DNA of 64,000 nt from Eledone cirrhosa (lineage: Eukaryota): positions 430,590,001 to 430,654,000 of the forward strand of contig OZ024740.1 in the NCBI GenBank assembly GCA_964016885.1, given 5' to 3'. Below the pieces are notes generated by a model. The model saw only the letters and a program-made list of their open reading frames with translations. It was not told where the DNA came from and ran no database searches. Of this stretch, positions 45,312-58,716 are shown piece by piece (within the stretch, counting starts at the first letter, position 1; every line of letters begins with the position of its first letter). Position numbers and translations under genes: made by a program.

Positions 45312-45741
45312 TAAACGGAATAGAAAATGCTGACAAATTGTTCACAGTTGAAAAATGGTTTAATTAGGAATAAAAGAGTATTAGTGATTGTATGGGTTAG
45401 TATTCAGTTGTGGTTTTAAGTTTTTAAGTTTTTACCGGTTGCGCATTTCTAAATGCTTTTCAAAAATAATTTTGAGATAGAGTGTCCGTGCTGTTTGCTC
45501 TGATCTGATTAGTTTTGGGAATTCCCAAAACTAATCAGATCAGAGCAAACAGCACGGACACTCTATCTCAAAATTATTTTTGAAAAGCATTTAGAAATGC
45601 GCAACCGGTAAAAACTTAAAAACTTAAAACCACAACTGAATACTAACCCATACAATCACTAATACTCTTTTATTCCTAATTAAACCATTTTTCAACTGTG
45701 AACAATTTGTCAGCATTTTCTATTCCGTTTACCAATATATA
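45302..45741. repeat. 440-bp perfect palindrome (fold-back element, family P2)
   Basis: Axis GGGAA|TTCCC at 45521/45522. Contains GAAATGCGCA like the P1 hammerhead 3' half. Confidence 0.92.
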
Positions 45742-46020
45742 ATAACTTGTGTGTTACACCTCTATTCTGTTAACTATATATATATATATATACATATATA
45801 TACACACATATATATATACACACATATACACATATGTCCAAACCCATGCAAGCGTGGAAGATGGACGTTAAACGATGATGATGATGATATACATACACAT
45901 ATATATATATACACATATATATATACACATACACACATATAAAAACACATATACATATATATATGAATATATGAATGACACTTGTTCAATAAGACGCTGA
46001 CACGTTGATATACATAACAT

Positions 46021-46120
46021 AATTGTTTCTACGTTAGGCACAAGGCCAGCAATTACCCAGTGTATTACTGGTACTTTATTTTATCGACCCCGTAAGGATG
46101 AAAGGCAAAGTTAACCTCGT
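46021..46120 (-). mobile_element. 5'-truncated SINE (family of 25685)
   Basis: GGCACAAGGCCAGCAATTACCCAG...GAAAGGCAAAGTTAACCTCG. TATACATAACATAAT flanks both sides (TSD-like). Confidence 0.8.
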
Positions 46121-46194
46121 TAATAAGTTATACATAACATAATATTATTAACTTTGATCCATACCATTATTTCTCTATCTTTATTTTCCTATCT

Positions 46195-46765
46195 AAGTTT
46201 TAATTTTAGTTTAAATATCGAACCTGTAAATTTTTCGGAACTTATTTTTAACTGTGAATCATTCATGTGTTTACACTTTATTTATTTATAATATGTATGT
46301 ACTTATCTTTTGTAAGTTTTTAAATATACCTACCTCTATATTTTTCTAGCCATGATTTAAATATAGTGCAAATATCCAACCTGTAAATCTTTACGGACCT
46401 TATTTTGAACTGTGAATCATCCATGCGTTTACACTCTTTTATATATATATGTATGTATTTAACATGTTGAAATCTATTATATAAGATTATAATCGTTATC
46501 ATTTGCCAAAAGTATATCTCACTAATACTTAGTAGCTCACTAATACTTAGTATATCTCTCTATACCTAGTTTTTAGATAATTTTTAAATTTTTAGATTAT
46601 TTATTTTGAACTGTGAATAATTCATGCCTTTACACTCTTTTATATATATGTATGTATTTAACTTTAGCATGTTTGAATCTATTATTTTATATTCGTTATC
46701 ATTTACCAAAAATATACTGGCTCATTAATATTTAGTATATCTCTCTATACCTAATTTTTATTTTT
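46195..46765. repeat. Diverged AT-rich tandem duplication (three partial copies)
   Basis: TTATTTT.AACTGTGAAT.AT.CATG..TTTACACT recurs at ~46242, ~46400 and ~46600. Confidence 0.75.
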
Positions 46766-47761
46766 GCAAATAAGTGTATCTGTATAATAACATAATCTTA
46801 TTATTAGTTACGTATATCTCAGCTTTTGTTTTTTTTTGCATATATAGCTATAATGTTTGATAACATAATTACCGTTTTGGTTTAACGCTATATATAGTTT
46901 GTGCAAATATAGATATTTGAACAATAACATATTTATTATTTACAATAAGTACTTCATAAGCTTTACATACCGAAAATGTTGACATTCTTATAGGTAATTT
47001 TCGTTAAAGATTACATTTAAGAAACAAATTTTCAACAGTGTAAATTTTCCTTTCGCTGGCCAAGAAAATCCTTTAAATTTTGTCTTCATAAAATTCAGAA
47101 TTTTAGAAATGTTAACACATTTATAGAATTTATAAAATTAATAAATATAAATAACCATCAACTTTTAAAAAACTTAAAATTTTGATTCTTCACCCTTAAA
47201 ATAACATAAATTAAATATTTTGAAACTTAACCGTTTAGCCTTTAAGGGAAAAAAAAATTTTCTGCATATATTACTCCCCTTTATCTCTCCCTCTCTTTAA
47301 ATCTTCTATCAGTTGCCTTCATAAACTGTTATCGTTCAAGAGACGTTTTCCTAGAAAACCATAACTTGTAGTATCCCACATTTTAAAATCTCTATAGCTG
47401 TCACATTAAGGAACGTTTTTCTTACTCATACATCATCTATTGAATTTATTACGTTTTCGCATTTTCTCATTATTAGGGTATAAATGTTGAGTTTTCTCTT
47501 AGGTTAATCACTACCTTGATTAAATCTTAACCATTTAACATCTCAGGGTATGTCATGTATCATTATATTTTGTCTGATGTGGACGTACTGTTGTACCTCT
47601 GAAATATGTATAATAAAATTTAATTGATCAAAAGAACATCTATTTTATTAATATTTGTATTTTAATATTAATAACTCTGGAAAATTATTTTACTGTAGTG
47701 TGCTTCCAATCTACTGTAAAACACATTCTTTGATATACTCATTGAATCTTGTTTAACTCTG

Positions 47762-47801
<40 letters not shown>

Positions 47802-47851
47802 TTACACATACATACAAATACACATATACATACACATACGTACGTATACAT

Positions 47852-47916
<65 letters not shown>

Positions 47917-47938
47917 TATACACATATATACATACACC

Positions 47939-48030
<92 letters not shown>

Positions 48031-48037
48031 TATACAC

Positions 48038-48082
<45 letters not shown>

Positions 48083-48087
48083 TTTTG

Positions 48088-48249
48088 AGTTTATGTTGGT
48101 TGTATACCAACACCTCAGTATGCAGGCTGGAGCACTCGACGAAGTGCGCAGGTTGGTTTGGTTACTCCGGAGTAGTGTAAAATAAAGTTAAATAAAAGTC
48201 AAATGATTAAACGAAGCTAAATTTTAATCATTTGACTTTTATTTAACTT

Positions 48250-48256
<7 letters not shown>
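48088..48256 (-). mobile_element. Short fold-back remnant of the family carrying the 52445 hammerhead
   Basis: Tail matches 52302-52420. Inverted arms 48178-48211 / 48223-48256. Confidence 0.75.
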
Positions 48257-48330
<74 letters not shown>

Positions 48331-48489
48331 AATACATATATATATACACATATATATATACATACATACATACACATAAATATACCCACATACACATATA
48401 TATATATATATACACACACATATATATATATATATATATACACATATATATATATACACACATACATATACACACACACACATATATAT

Positions 48490-48612
<123 letters not shown>

Positions 48613-48670
48613 CATACACATACATATGCACACGCACATATACACACACATATATATGTACGTGTATATA

Positions 48671-49390
48671 TGTATCCGAACAGCAATGTAACATGGTAGT
48701 GAGACCTGGGCGCTGAAGGTGGAAGACTTATGTAGATTAGAAAGAAACGAAGCCTGCATGCTCCGATGGACGTGTAACAGTAATATACGCGAACGGCAAA
48801 GCATAAATGAATTGAGAGAGAGACTGAGCATAAGAGGAATCAAATGCTGTGTGCAGGAGAGGCGGTTACGCTGGTATGGACATGTGATGCGTATGAAGGA
48901 TGACAGCTGCATAAAAAGGTGCAGAGCACTAGAAGTTGATGGAAATCGCGGAGTGGGGAGACCCAAGAAGACCAGGGATGAGGTGATAAAAGCCGACCTT
49001 ACCCAATTACACCTCTCAAAGGCGATGACACACGACCGTGACCTCTGGCGTCACGCAGTAATACAGAGTACCCGACCTCCCATGGGTACAAGCTGAAGCA
49101 TACAGACACATCCTCCCACTGCAAAGTGGTCGTGGAGGTGCCACGGCAAAAAAGCACCCACCCCACACTGTAAAGTGGACGTGTAGGCGCCACGGAAAAA
49201 AGTACCCAGCACTCACTGTAAATGAGGTTGGTGTTAGGAAGGGCATCCAGCTGTAGAAATCAAGCCAAAATCAGTTCCTGTATGAGCAAGGCATGGTCAG
49301 CCGACCAGACACTGCCCACAACAGGGCAACCAGTCTAATCCATGCTAGCATGGAAGAACGGACGTAAAACGGTGATGATGGTGATGATGA
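48671..49390 (+). mobile_element. RTE family A 3' fragment
   Basis: [32 protein letters not shown], with 3' UTR and tail. Confidence 0.92.
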
Positions 49391-49529
49391 TATATATCTA
49401 TATCTATATATACACACATATATATATATATACATACATACATATATACATATATACATATACATATACACACATATACACATATATATATACACACATA
49501 TATATACATATATATATACATATATATAT

Positions 49530-50523
49530 ACTTCCCTGTGCTGACGATCTGGTTCTTATAGCAGAATCAGTAGAGGAGCTAGAGAATACATTCTAGCTAT
49601 GGAAACAGCAGTTGGAGCAAGAGGACTGAGAGTGAACCTAGCTAAGACAAAAGTGTTGATGAGTAGAAAAGAGGACAAAACTCTGATTCCGTCAGGGAAA
49701 TGGCCGTGTTCGATATGCAGAAAAGGAACTGGCATAAATTCTATAAAATGCACACAATGCAGATCCTGGGTACACAAGAGATGTAGTTGGATAGCAGGCA
49801 AACTAACAGGTAGGAAGAAATATGTATGCAGTAGATGTACAGGGAAATTAGGCAGTAGAAGTCGCATTGATCAATTTTTCAAATGCAGGAGGGTGCTATA
49901 GAAGTGGTGGATAGCTTCCGGTACCTAGGAGATCAGATTAGCATGGGAGGAGGGTGTTCCGAGGCCATAGTATCTAGAATAAGGACGGGTTGGAAGAAGT
50001 TTAGGGAGCTGCTGACGAAGAAGGGTTTCTCCCTGCGTACGAAAGGCCGGTTGTGTGATGGCTGTGTGAGGAGCGCGATGCTGCATGGTAGTGAGACATG
50101 GGCAGCAACTGCAGAGGATATGCGACGGCTGGAGAGAAATGAGGCAAGCATGCTCCGTTGGATGTGCAGTGTAAATGTGCGTGAACGACCCAGCATGAAT
50201 GTGTTGAGAGAGAAACTGTGTCTGAGAGGGATAGAATGTAGTGTACGGGAGAGGAGACTGAGGTGGTATGGACATGTGATGCGCATGGAGGATGACCGAT
50301 GGGTGAAGAAGTGCCAGGAAATGCCAGTTGAAGGAAGACGTGGTAGAGGTAGACCACGAAAAACATGGGCGGAGGTGGTGAGAATAGATCTCAGATCGTT
50401 GAAGCTCACGGTGGAGATGACGAAGGACCGTGACGAGTGGAGAGATACTGTGCTGAATAAGACCCGTCCCACCCTCGCGAGCAGGGAAGAGCGGACGTAA
50501 AATGATGATGATGATGATGATGA
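49530..50523 (+). mobile_element. RTE family C 3' fragment (almost no 3' UTR)
   Basis: [35 protein letters not shown]. The stop is directly followed by (GAT)n. Confidence 0.92.
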
Positions 50524-50526
50524 TAC

Positions 50527-50604
<78 letters not shown>

Positions 50605-50629
50605 TTATATACACATACATACATATATG

Positions 50630-51705
50630 GTAGGTTATCTTTTCTTTAAATCCGCTGCGGGCGAGGGCGTCATTGTAGTAGGAAGCAGAGGCGTTAAAAA
50701 TATCTTCATTGGCCAGAGATTCTAATAGAGACGCTTTTTACTAAGTTATCAGTGATGTTTTTGGGGTGGTTAGAATTAACATTAATATATCTAAGGGACT
50801 CATTAGGTTTGTGGTACGTGTAATAGAGGGAAGTATCTAGGCCGAGAGTGACATCTAAAAAGTTGGCCCTAGTCATATTAGATTTTATAGTTATACTAAA
50901 TCCTAGATTACGGAAAAACGAGCTTAAGTTTCTCCGAAACCCATCGGTGGTTCTGGGGTTAACCTTGTGCAGGGCGAAGAGGCCGTCGTCTCGGTATAAA
51001 CCTCCGGTTAGGCCAGTAAAGAGGTTATTCAGGTGGTGTAAAATGTATAGGCCCACAAGGTCGCTAATTTCAGCCGAGTCACTCGCTCCCATGCTGACGT
51101 CAAATGGGGTCTGAGACTTCTTATTGATCCAGTAAGATCCATCATGGTATAGGAAGGTCTTACGGGCATGGAGGATAACATCTTGCTCAGCATCGGTTAT
51201 GGTGGTAAAATTTCATGGCAAAGGTAATTGCGTCCTTCAGGAGGGGCTCCGAGATAGAAGCATAGTAGTTTTCTATGTCGAGTTGCAGGAAGCGAGTGTG
51301 GCGTTTGTCGGGTAATTCTTGGAACCAAGATATTGCCTCAGATGTTCTGCTCCAGAGTGGGAGTGGTGAGGCCACCCGCAATCATGGTAGAACTCTATCT
51401 AGGATCTTCTTACTGATAGAGCCGATGTCCGAACGAGTGGGGTTGATAAGTCTGACTGATGGTTTGTTGAGGAAGTTTCCCTTATGGTCCTTTAGGGTAA
51501 AGTGCGGGGTCTTTACCCTTAAAGGTTCGGTTCGGTCATGTAATTTAAGGGACTTGGCGATTTCTTTTCCGGCCGCGTTTGTCTCAGTCAATGCCATCTC
51601 TATTACCTTTTTGTAGGTGGTCGTGATGGCATTTTTTGCCAGCTTATTGTAGGTAGGTCTGTGGGTCTACCTCATAAACGTTTTTGATTTTATCGGAGGA
51701 GACAT
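50630..51705 (-). pseudogene. Frameshifted Penelope-like RT fragment (probably Naiad/Chlamys-type)
   Basis: TLKDHKGNF..KPSVRLINP, FLQLDIENYYASI, MGASDSAEISDLVGLYIL, GLYRDDGL, NFLDVTL, YHKPN...SNHP. Confidence 0.85.
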
Positions 51706-51771
51706 GAAGATTAGGGGATTTTTTTTATATATGTGTATGTATATGTGTATGTTTATGTATGTATATGTATG

Positions 51772-51857
<86 letters not shown>

Positions 51858-52159
51858 GTGAGGTTTTTTTTTACAAAATGAAAAATAACCGAGGTGTCCT
51901 ACACGAGTGAAAGTATAAAGAAAAAGAGATGAAATCGAAAATGCAACTGAAGTCTTATTTTTTAAAAAATATATATATTTATTTGGTTCCTTTTTGGTAC
52001 CAAATAAGGAACCAAAGTCGCTGGCTGGACTAAAAAGTCACACTCGTTCAGCGCATCGGTAGGGGTTCTCCTACATGGATATAAAGTAGTGGCCGTACTC
52101 AAAAACGAGTTGGCAGCTACCATATATGTATGTATGTGTGTGTATATATATATATGTAT

Positions 52160-52228
<69 letters not shown>

Positions 52229-52299
52229 TGTATGTATGTATGTATGTGTATATATATGTATATGTATGTGTGTGTATATATATATATATATATTTTTTT

Positions 52300-52637
52300 T
52301 TAGTATATGTTGGTTGTATACCAACACCTCAGTATGCAGATTGGAGCACTCGACGAAGTGCGCAGGCTGGTTTGGTTACTCCGGAGTAATGTAAAATAAA
52401 ATAAAATAAATAAGTCAAATGTTTAAAATTTGGCTTCGTTTATTACTGCTATATATATTTCGGTGACAGCCATCTTTGGCTGTGACCTCTTCAGGCAGTC
52501 CGAATTAGTGTGGTAGAGACGAGTACACATGTTGTTGAGGTGTATAACTTTGTCAATACTCTGATATGCCCAGTTCGTGGTTGTTATTTCACTGAGGAAC
52601 TGGAATCATATGATTCCAGTTCCTCAGTGAAATAACA
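52300..52637 (-). mobile_element. PLE-type pseudo-LTR with hammerhead, tail, and a 56-bp palindromic 5' junction
   Basis: Hammerhead at 52445-52499 followed by AATAAA. Tail shared with 48088. Palindrome 52582-52637. Confidence 0.8.
52445..52499 (-). ncRNA. Type I minimal hammerhead ribozyme
   Basis: ACTGC CTGAAGA GGTCACAGCCA-AAGA-TGGCTGTCACC GAAA TATATA TA GCAGT. Confidence 0.85.
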
Positions 52638-52696
52638 GCAAGGAATACTCAAACCCATCTTAGACACCTTGAATACTCAAACCCAGCTTAGACACC

Positions 52697-53942
52697 TTGC
52701 CGGGACACGTTAACAGCTCCGAGGAGGTGTTGAAGCGCCTGCATCAAATGGATCCTGACACCAGAAAGAATAACAGATATGCCTTCAGCCTTGATGTAGT
52801 CGCTCTCAACACCTCGGTCCCGGCACTCCCGGCCGTTAATATACTGATGGAACGCGTCCAATCCACCGACCTACACTGCTTCAGGCTCACCACCACTGAC
52901 ATCCACCAACTCCTATCCATCGCCGTCGACAACACCTACTTCGGATTCCTTGACCAAACATACCAACAAACCTCGGGACTGCCCATGGGATCAAGCCTGT
53001 CAGACAGCCTCGAGCGCAAGGCACTCAACGCCTGCCACCCCAACGCCGTCGCCTTTTTCTCAAGGTACGTGGACGATATCCTCATCCTCACATCTTCCCA
53101 AGACATGGCGAACAGAATCTATGAGACGTTCAACAACACGGACGAGAACATTGACTTCAGTGTTGAACACCCCAACGACGACGGGTCACTTGCCCTCCTC
53201 GACTTCCGAATCAACATCACGGAACAGGGAGGGATCCACTGCAACTTCCACCGAAAGGCAGCCTGCAGGGACCTGTTCGTCCACTACAAGTCCGCCCTCT
53301 CTAACAGTGCCAAAAGAGGATACACCACGAACGAGATCGCGCGAATCAAAAACAGATGCAGCGATCCCGCGAGTGGTGTCACTCATACCAAGCGATTCCT
53401 CGAGGTGCTGGAGACGAACGGGTACCCTACCTCGCTCACAGACAGAGTAGGAGACACCAGACAAGAGACAGAGAGGCACCCAAGGCAAGTGCTTCCTTAA
53501 AATGCCACACCTGGGCGAGAATACCACCAACGCTATCCGCAAGGCTATACGGAGGGAGGGCCTCGACATCCACCTGGCCCACTCGGGCCCCTCTCTGCGA
53601 AGATGCCTCTCCAGGAAACCTGAGAAATCAACTGACGCGTGCTCCCTCAGAGACTGCCCGATGCGCCATGCGAACTGTTGCCTACGCACATACGTCGTGT
53701 ATAAGATAGAATGTAACAAGTGCAACCAATACTATATAGGTAGCACAATCCGGCCGTTGCACATCCGGATCAAGGAGCACACTAACACCAGGGCCTCGTC
53801 TTTCCGGAAACACATAGCCAAATGCAGAAACAAAGACGGAAGGCCCATTGTCACAATTCTAGCGACAGAAAGAAACGTCGGCACATTATGTATCAAGGAA
53901 GTACTTTGGATCAAACGCCTAGGGCCACAATTAAACAACTGA
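52697..53942 (+). pseudogene. Penelope-like element RT + GIY-YIG endonuclease, 5'-truncated and frameshifted
   Basis: FSLDVVAL..SVP, GLPMGS, RYVDDIL, LALLDF; Cys-rich linker; VVYKIECNKCNQYYIGST.RPLHIRIKEH, E...I....PQLN. Confidence 0.92.
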
Positions 53943-54417
53943 TCCGAGAGAAGCGAAATGAGGTAGTTGGTTTAAGTTAACAAACGATGCAGCAATACAC
54001 GCACACACACACACAAGCGAGACAGCAACACACACACGCACATACACACACAGTAGCATTCCACCATACGAACATACTACACTGCCAATACAGAGGAACA
54101 AGGCAACAACACACGTACACACACACACTCAAGCGAGACAACAACACACGCACGCACACACACTCAAGCGAGACAACAACACACGCACACACACACAGAG
54201 TAACATTCACCAAACAGGCAGAGAATACTATGGACTGACAGCTAGCGCCACCCTACTCCCACAATTGAAAGAACTACTTCGGCCGCTGACCTCTGCCTGA
54301 CCGACCCCCATTTCACGCGCACGCGCGCTCTGCTGAATACCTCAGATATTCAAAACAACGAACAGCGGAGGACACGTTTCGCACCCTTACGACAGACCCC
54401 CCCCCTTCGGAAAAAAA

Positions 54418-54453
54418 CCCCAGTTGATGGATGTGAATCCGAAATATATAGGG
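54418..54453 (+). ncRNA. Decayed hammerhead in the PLE 3' UTR
   Basis: CCC CAGTTGA T GGAT-GTGA-ATCC GAAA TATA TA GGG. The core has two changes from CTGATGA. Confidence 0.5.
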
Positions 54454-54701
54454 ACAATTAAATCTCTCCTAAGGTAACTCTATCTCGTGTTGTCATTTAT
54501 ATTTTTATCCTTTACGCTCCTTCCTTCATTCCTCTACACGCTACAGTCTTATACACGCCACGCATCTCAACGTACACCCACTTACATCTCTCTCTCCACC
54601 ACCGGATCTTGTTACCTGGAGATTTACCCATTGTCGAGGCTTCCAAACGACTTAAAGAAATTTACCTTATTATTCCACAATGCTTCAAGCAAACTTCAAT
54701 A

Positions 54702-54777
<76 letters not shown>

Positions 54778-54797
54778 TGTGTGTGTGTGTGTGTGTA

Positions 54798-55373
54798 TGA
54801 ATGTGTCTGTTGACACCTGGAATATAGCTTAAGAGAAATATGACAATAATGATAAAAACCCAATATTTTGAACTGGTTTATAGAATTGTCTTGGTCTTTG
54901 TCACTCTAAGTAGAGCTTTAAAGAATTACCTTTTAAAGAATTTCCCTTTTCTTTAAATCCATCAACCATGACCGACCCCCAACCACTTTATAGACACCTG
55001 AAATATAGGCATTGTTAGCTTAAGAGAAACTTAAAAATAAGGAGTGGCACCCCATTCTGAACTTGTTTATAGAATCCTTTCTGCCTTTGTCACTCTAAAT
55101 ATAAACTATAGACTTAAAGAATTAGCTTTTAATGAATTCCCTTTTCTTTCAACCAATGACCTCCACCCATCCCACTCCCCACCCTCTCCTACCACCTGAA
55201 AAGATATAAATACCACTACATTTACTTTTGGAAAGCCATATTCCTGATGATTTCTAAAGAATGAAACAGTTCTAGTCCTGTAGAATCTTATCTATATTAA
55301 AACTGTTATACTCTGCTATGTATTGAGTACCTTACTTACTGTGGTTACCTCCGATTCAACCCGGAATAACTTA

Positions 55374-55376
<3 letters not shown>
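54798..55376 (+). mobile_element. Tailed arm of the hammerhead PLE-type element (mate at 33903-34409)
   Basis: Reverse complement of 33903-34409 plus ~70-bp tail TATACTCTGC...GTATTGAGTACC. Confidence 0.88.
55240..55286 (+). ncRNA. Type I hammerhead ribozyme motif
   Basis: ATTC CTGATGA TTTCTAAAGAAT GAAA CAG-TTCTAGTC-CTG TA GAAT. Confidence 0.75.
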
Positions 55377-55412
<36 letters not shown>

Positions 55413-55420
<8 letters not shown>

Positions 55421-55689
55421 AGGTCAAAAGATGGTTAAAAGAGTTCCAAGTATTTTATTATGCGCATTTCAAAAACAAATATCATCATGGGATGATATCT
55501 GCGTTCTCATCAGATAAAATAGGGAGACATGATATGATATTTGTTTTTGAAATGCGCATAATAAAATACTTGGAACTCTTTTAACCATCTTTTGATCTTA
55601 TATTATTTATACTCCAGTCCTACAAACTGTAGAGTGCTACTTATCCGATATTTGCATTGCTTTATTGTGCTACAAAAAAACTCACCTCC

Positions 55690-55691
<2 letters not shown>
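55413..55691 (+). mobile_element. Second P1 fold-back element (asymmetric; arms 55413-55485 / 55534-55606)
   Basis: Same left boundary and tail as the 38185 copy. Confidence 0.87.
55452..55520 (-). ncRNA. Type I minimal hammerhead ribozyme (P1)
   Basis: ATTTTAT CTGATGA GAACGCAGATATCATC-CCAT-GATGATATTTGTTTTT GAAA TGCGCA TA ATAAAAT. Confidence 0.82.
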
Positions 55692-55732
<41 letters not shown>

Positions 55733-55737
<5 letters not shown>

Positions 55738-55925
55738 AACGAGTAGGACCCCGACGGCTGAGCTCAAGCCGTTTCGACGGCTAATTCTGCGTCCAGAATT
55801 AGCCGTCGAAACGGCTTGAGCTCAGCCGTCGGGGTCCTACTTGTTCCTATTACCCACTCTACTACCCTAAGTATTGAGTACTTTGGTGCGTTATGGTCCA
55901 CCTGGTTCCTTACCACATTTCTTCC

Positions 55926-55930
<5 letters not shown>
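55733..55930 (+). mobile_element. Fold-back element family P3 (118-bp hairpin + tail)
   Basis: Arms 55733-55789 / 55794-55850. GAAA-CGGCT..AGCCG-TC hammerhead 3' half. Confidence 0.85.
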
Positions 55931-55977
<47 letters not shown>

Positions 55978-56389
55978 TACTTTTAGTTACTTCTTTATAC
56001 TAAGATTGATCAGAGCTTAGCTATAGTTAAATTAAGGCGAAACTACACCCCATCAGTGAGACGAAAACTAAAATATAAGTATTTAAATAAGTTAACAACT
56101 AAACTGTCTTTATATTTTTTCTGAAGAACTTTTTCTTAAGATATTGTTGTAATAGAAAATAATTTGGTCTAAAAAAGCAACTATTTTTGTTCAAACTAGC
56201 GGTGATATCAGAAAAGGCAATGAAAAAAATGTATTATATAGAGAGAAGAGCGAATGAAAAAGTTTCTAAATTTATTTGATATGAAGTTAGAAGAAATAGT
56301 GACAGACGGTGAGCTGGAGGTATATTGTGGCCTACATACGGGTTTTATGGTAAATATAACCTGACGTGGCTCTCTTGGTGGTTTGTAAT

Positions 56390-56840
56390 TAGAGAGAGAG
56401 GGGGAGAGAGGGTAAAAGAGAGAGACAGAGATAGTGTGTCATTGTTGTGTGAGAGAGTGCAAGAGAGAGAGTGTCATTGGTGAGAGAGTGCAAGAGAGAG
56501 AGAGTGACATTGGTGAGAGAGGGTGAGAGCAAAAGAAATCGAATGAGAGAAAGAGTATGTGTTAGAGCGTGTAGGCAAAGAGAGTTGTGTTGTTGAGAGA
56601 GAGTGAGTGTCGTTAGTGAGAGAACACAAGAGAGAGAGAGTGAGAGAGGGTTGCGTTGTTGAGAGAGAGGGTGAGAGAGGGTTGTGTCGTTAGTGAGAGA
56701 GGGTGAGAGAACACAAGAGAGAGAAAGTGAGAGAGGGTGAGAGAACACAAGAGAGAGAAAGTGAGAGAGGGTGCGAGAGACAAGAGAGAGGGTTGTGTTG
56801 TTAAGTGTCATTAGTGAGGGAAAGAGAGAGTGAGTGAGTG
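56390..56840. repeat. Degenerate GA-rich low-complexity repeat
   Basis: Recurring GAGAGAGGGTGAGAG / ACACAAGAGAG. Confidence 0.85.
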
Positions 56841-57117
56841 CAGTAAAAGAGGGTAGTGTTATTATTTCGCCACAGATTATAATCTGTTTCATAAGCTCCC
56901 TCTTTATAAACCCTCATCAGCGTTTGATATTATTATTATTAACTACAACTATAATTATTAATATTAATATAATTATCTGTTCCATCTCCTCAAAGGTAAA
57001 TAATATACTTTATACTCTTCTCTCTCTCCATTTATCTCAATATTTCACAAACTCTCAATTGTTGTTGTTTACATTTTACTATATTTTCTTCCTATATCAA
57101 CCCTACTTCCTCGATAT

Positions 57118-57612
57118 ATAGTTATTACTATAACTATATGTAATTATAGGCTATATTTATAGTTATTACTATAACTATATATAATTATAGGCTATATTTA
57201 TAGTTATTACTATAACTATATGATATATACATGCTTATTACTGTGACTATATGTAATTATATGGTATATACATAGCTATTACTATAACTATATGATATAT
57301 ATACATTGTTATTATTAACTATATGATATATTTATTGTTATTACTGTAACTATATGCTCTGTATATGTACATGGTTATTACTGTATATATACATGGTTAT
57401 TACTGTATATATACATGGTTATTACTGTAACTATATGATATATATATATATATATACATTGCTATTATTATAGCTATATGACCTGTATATATACATGTTT
57501 ACTACTATAACTATATGATATATAAATAGAGATAGTTATTACTGTAACTATATGATTTATATATATAGAGATAGTTATTACTGTAACTATATGATTTATA
57601 TACATGGTTATT
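57118..57612. repeat. AT-rich degenerate minisatellite (GTTATTACTRTAACTATATG core)
   Basis: The core recurs every ~20-40 bp. Confidence 0.85.
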
Positions 57613-58351
57613 TATAAATGAATATTTATGTTTAAATATATATAAATATATATATCAACGAGAACTCACTGAAAAACACCTCTCTTCTGTATCTAACAAA
57701 CACAGGTTGCTTCCGATGGTCAAAGTATAACAATATATATATATATATATATATCGTATAGTATCGAGTACTTTGGTGGGTTATGGTCCACCTGGTACCT
57801 TACCATACCCTCTCTGTTATATATATATATATAGAGAGATATATATAGAGCAAGGGTCTCTATCGCTTTGATCATATATTTTTGTGCATTAGCAATATTT
57901 AATTGTATATATATTATATGTGTTTATATTTTCATTCTGTACGAAGTATTCATTAACAACAATTATATAATATATATATATATATATACAGAAATATATC
58001 GGCATGCACAAACTCACATATATATCAAATTTTAACTATACTAAATCATTTTATTTTTATCATTTTATCAAGTAGCTTTATTCCCATCTCCCTGTAATAT
58101 AATTACACCTATATAAATAGATATATAGATATGGGCGTATAAAAATGGGACATTCCACAGGGGCGTACAAAAATGGGACATTACAAGACGTGACGGCGGG
58201 GGTTTTACATAAAAATCATATAACTTTAACATTAATAAATAACAATAAACTATATATAATAAAATAACAATAGAAATATAGATAGATAGAGCCCGAGTGG
58301 TAAGCTCAGTTAAAAAAGGTACTCAATACATTGGTAAAGTGTAAATATTAT

Positions 58352-58448
58352 TTAACTTTGCCTTTCATCCTTCCGGGTTCGATAGAATAAAGTACCAGTA
58401 ATGCATTGGGTTATTTGCAGGCCCTGTGCCAAAAGTAGAAACAATTAT
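58352..58448 (+). mobile_element. 5'-truncated SINE (family of 25685)
   Basis: TTAACTTTGCCTTTCATCC...AATAAAGTACCAGT...GTGCCAAAAGTAGAAACAATTA. Confidence 0.8.
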
Positions 58449-58637
58449 TTAATATAGAAATGGACCTGTTTCATGCGAATATATATATATAGTAGGGAAC
58501 ACTAACTGTTGATACGGCAAGAGCTTATCCGTCGGGCCCCGACTCTTTATAATATATATACTTATGTATTAAATTAATATATATATTTATATTTTAGTAT
58601 TAATTTAATACAAGACTTTCCTATAAGTAATGCTATA

Positions 58638-58670
<33 letters not shown>

Positions 58671-58676
58671 TTTCAT

Positions 58677-58716
<40 letters not shown>

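Noticed and set aside
46770-47765. Possible DNA-transposon remnant or host exon in AT-rich sequence
   Set aside because: No paired TIRs, ORF or splice-supported exon could be identified.
56000-56075. Hammerhead-like GAAAC after a weak stem
   Set aside because: No CTGANGA core or stem I could be fitted.
57118-57612. Possible common origin of this minisatellite and the large satellite (reverse strand)
   Set aside because: The similarity is limited to AT-rich low-complexity motifs and is not distinguishable from chance by eye.
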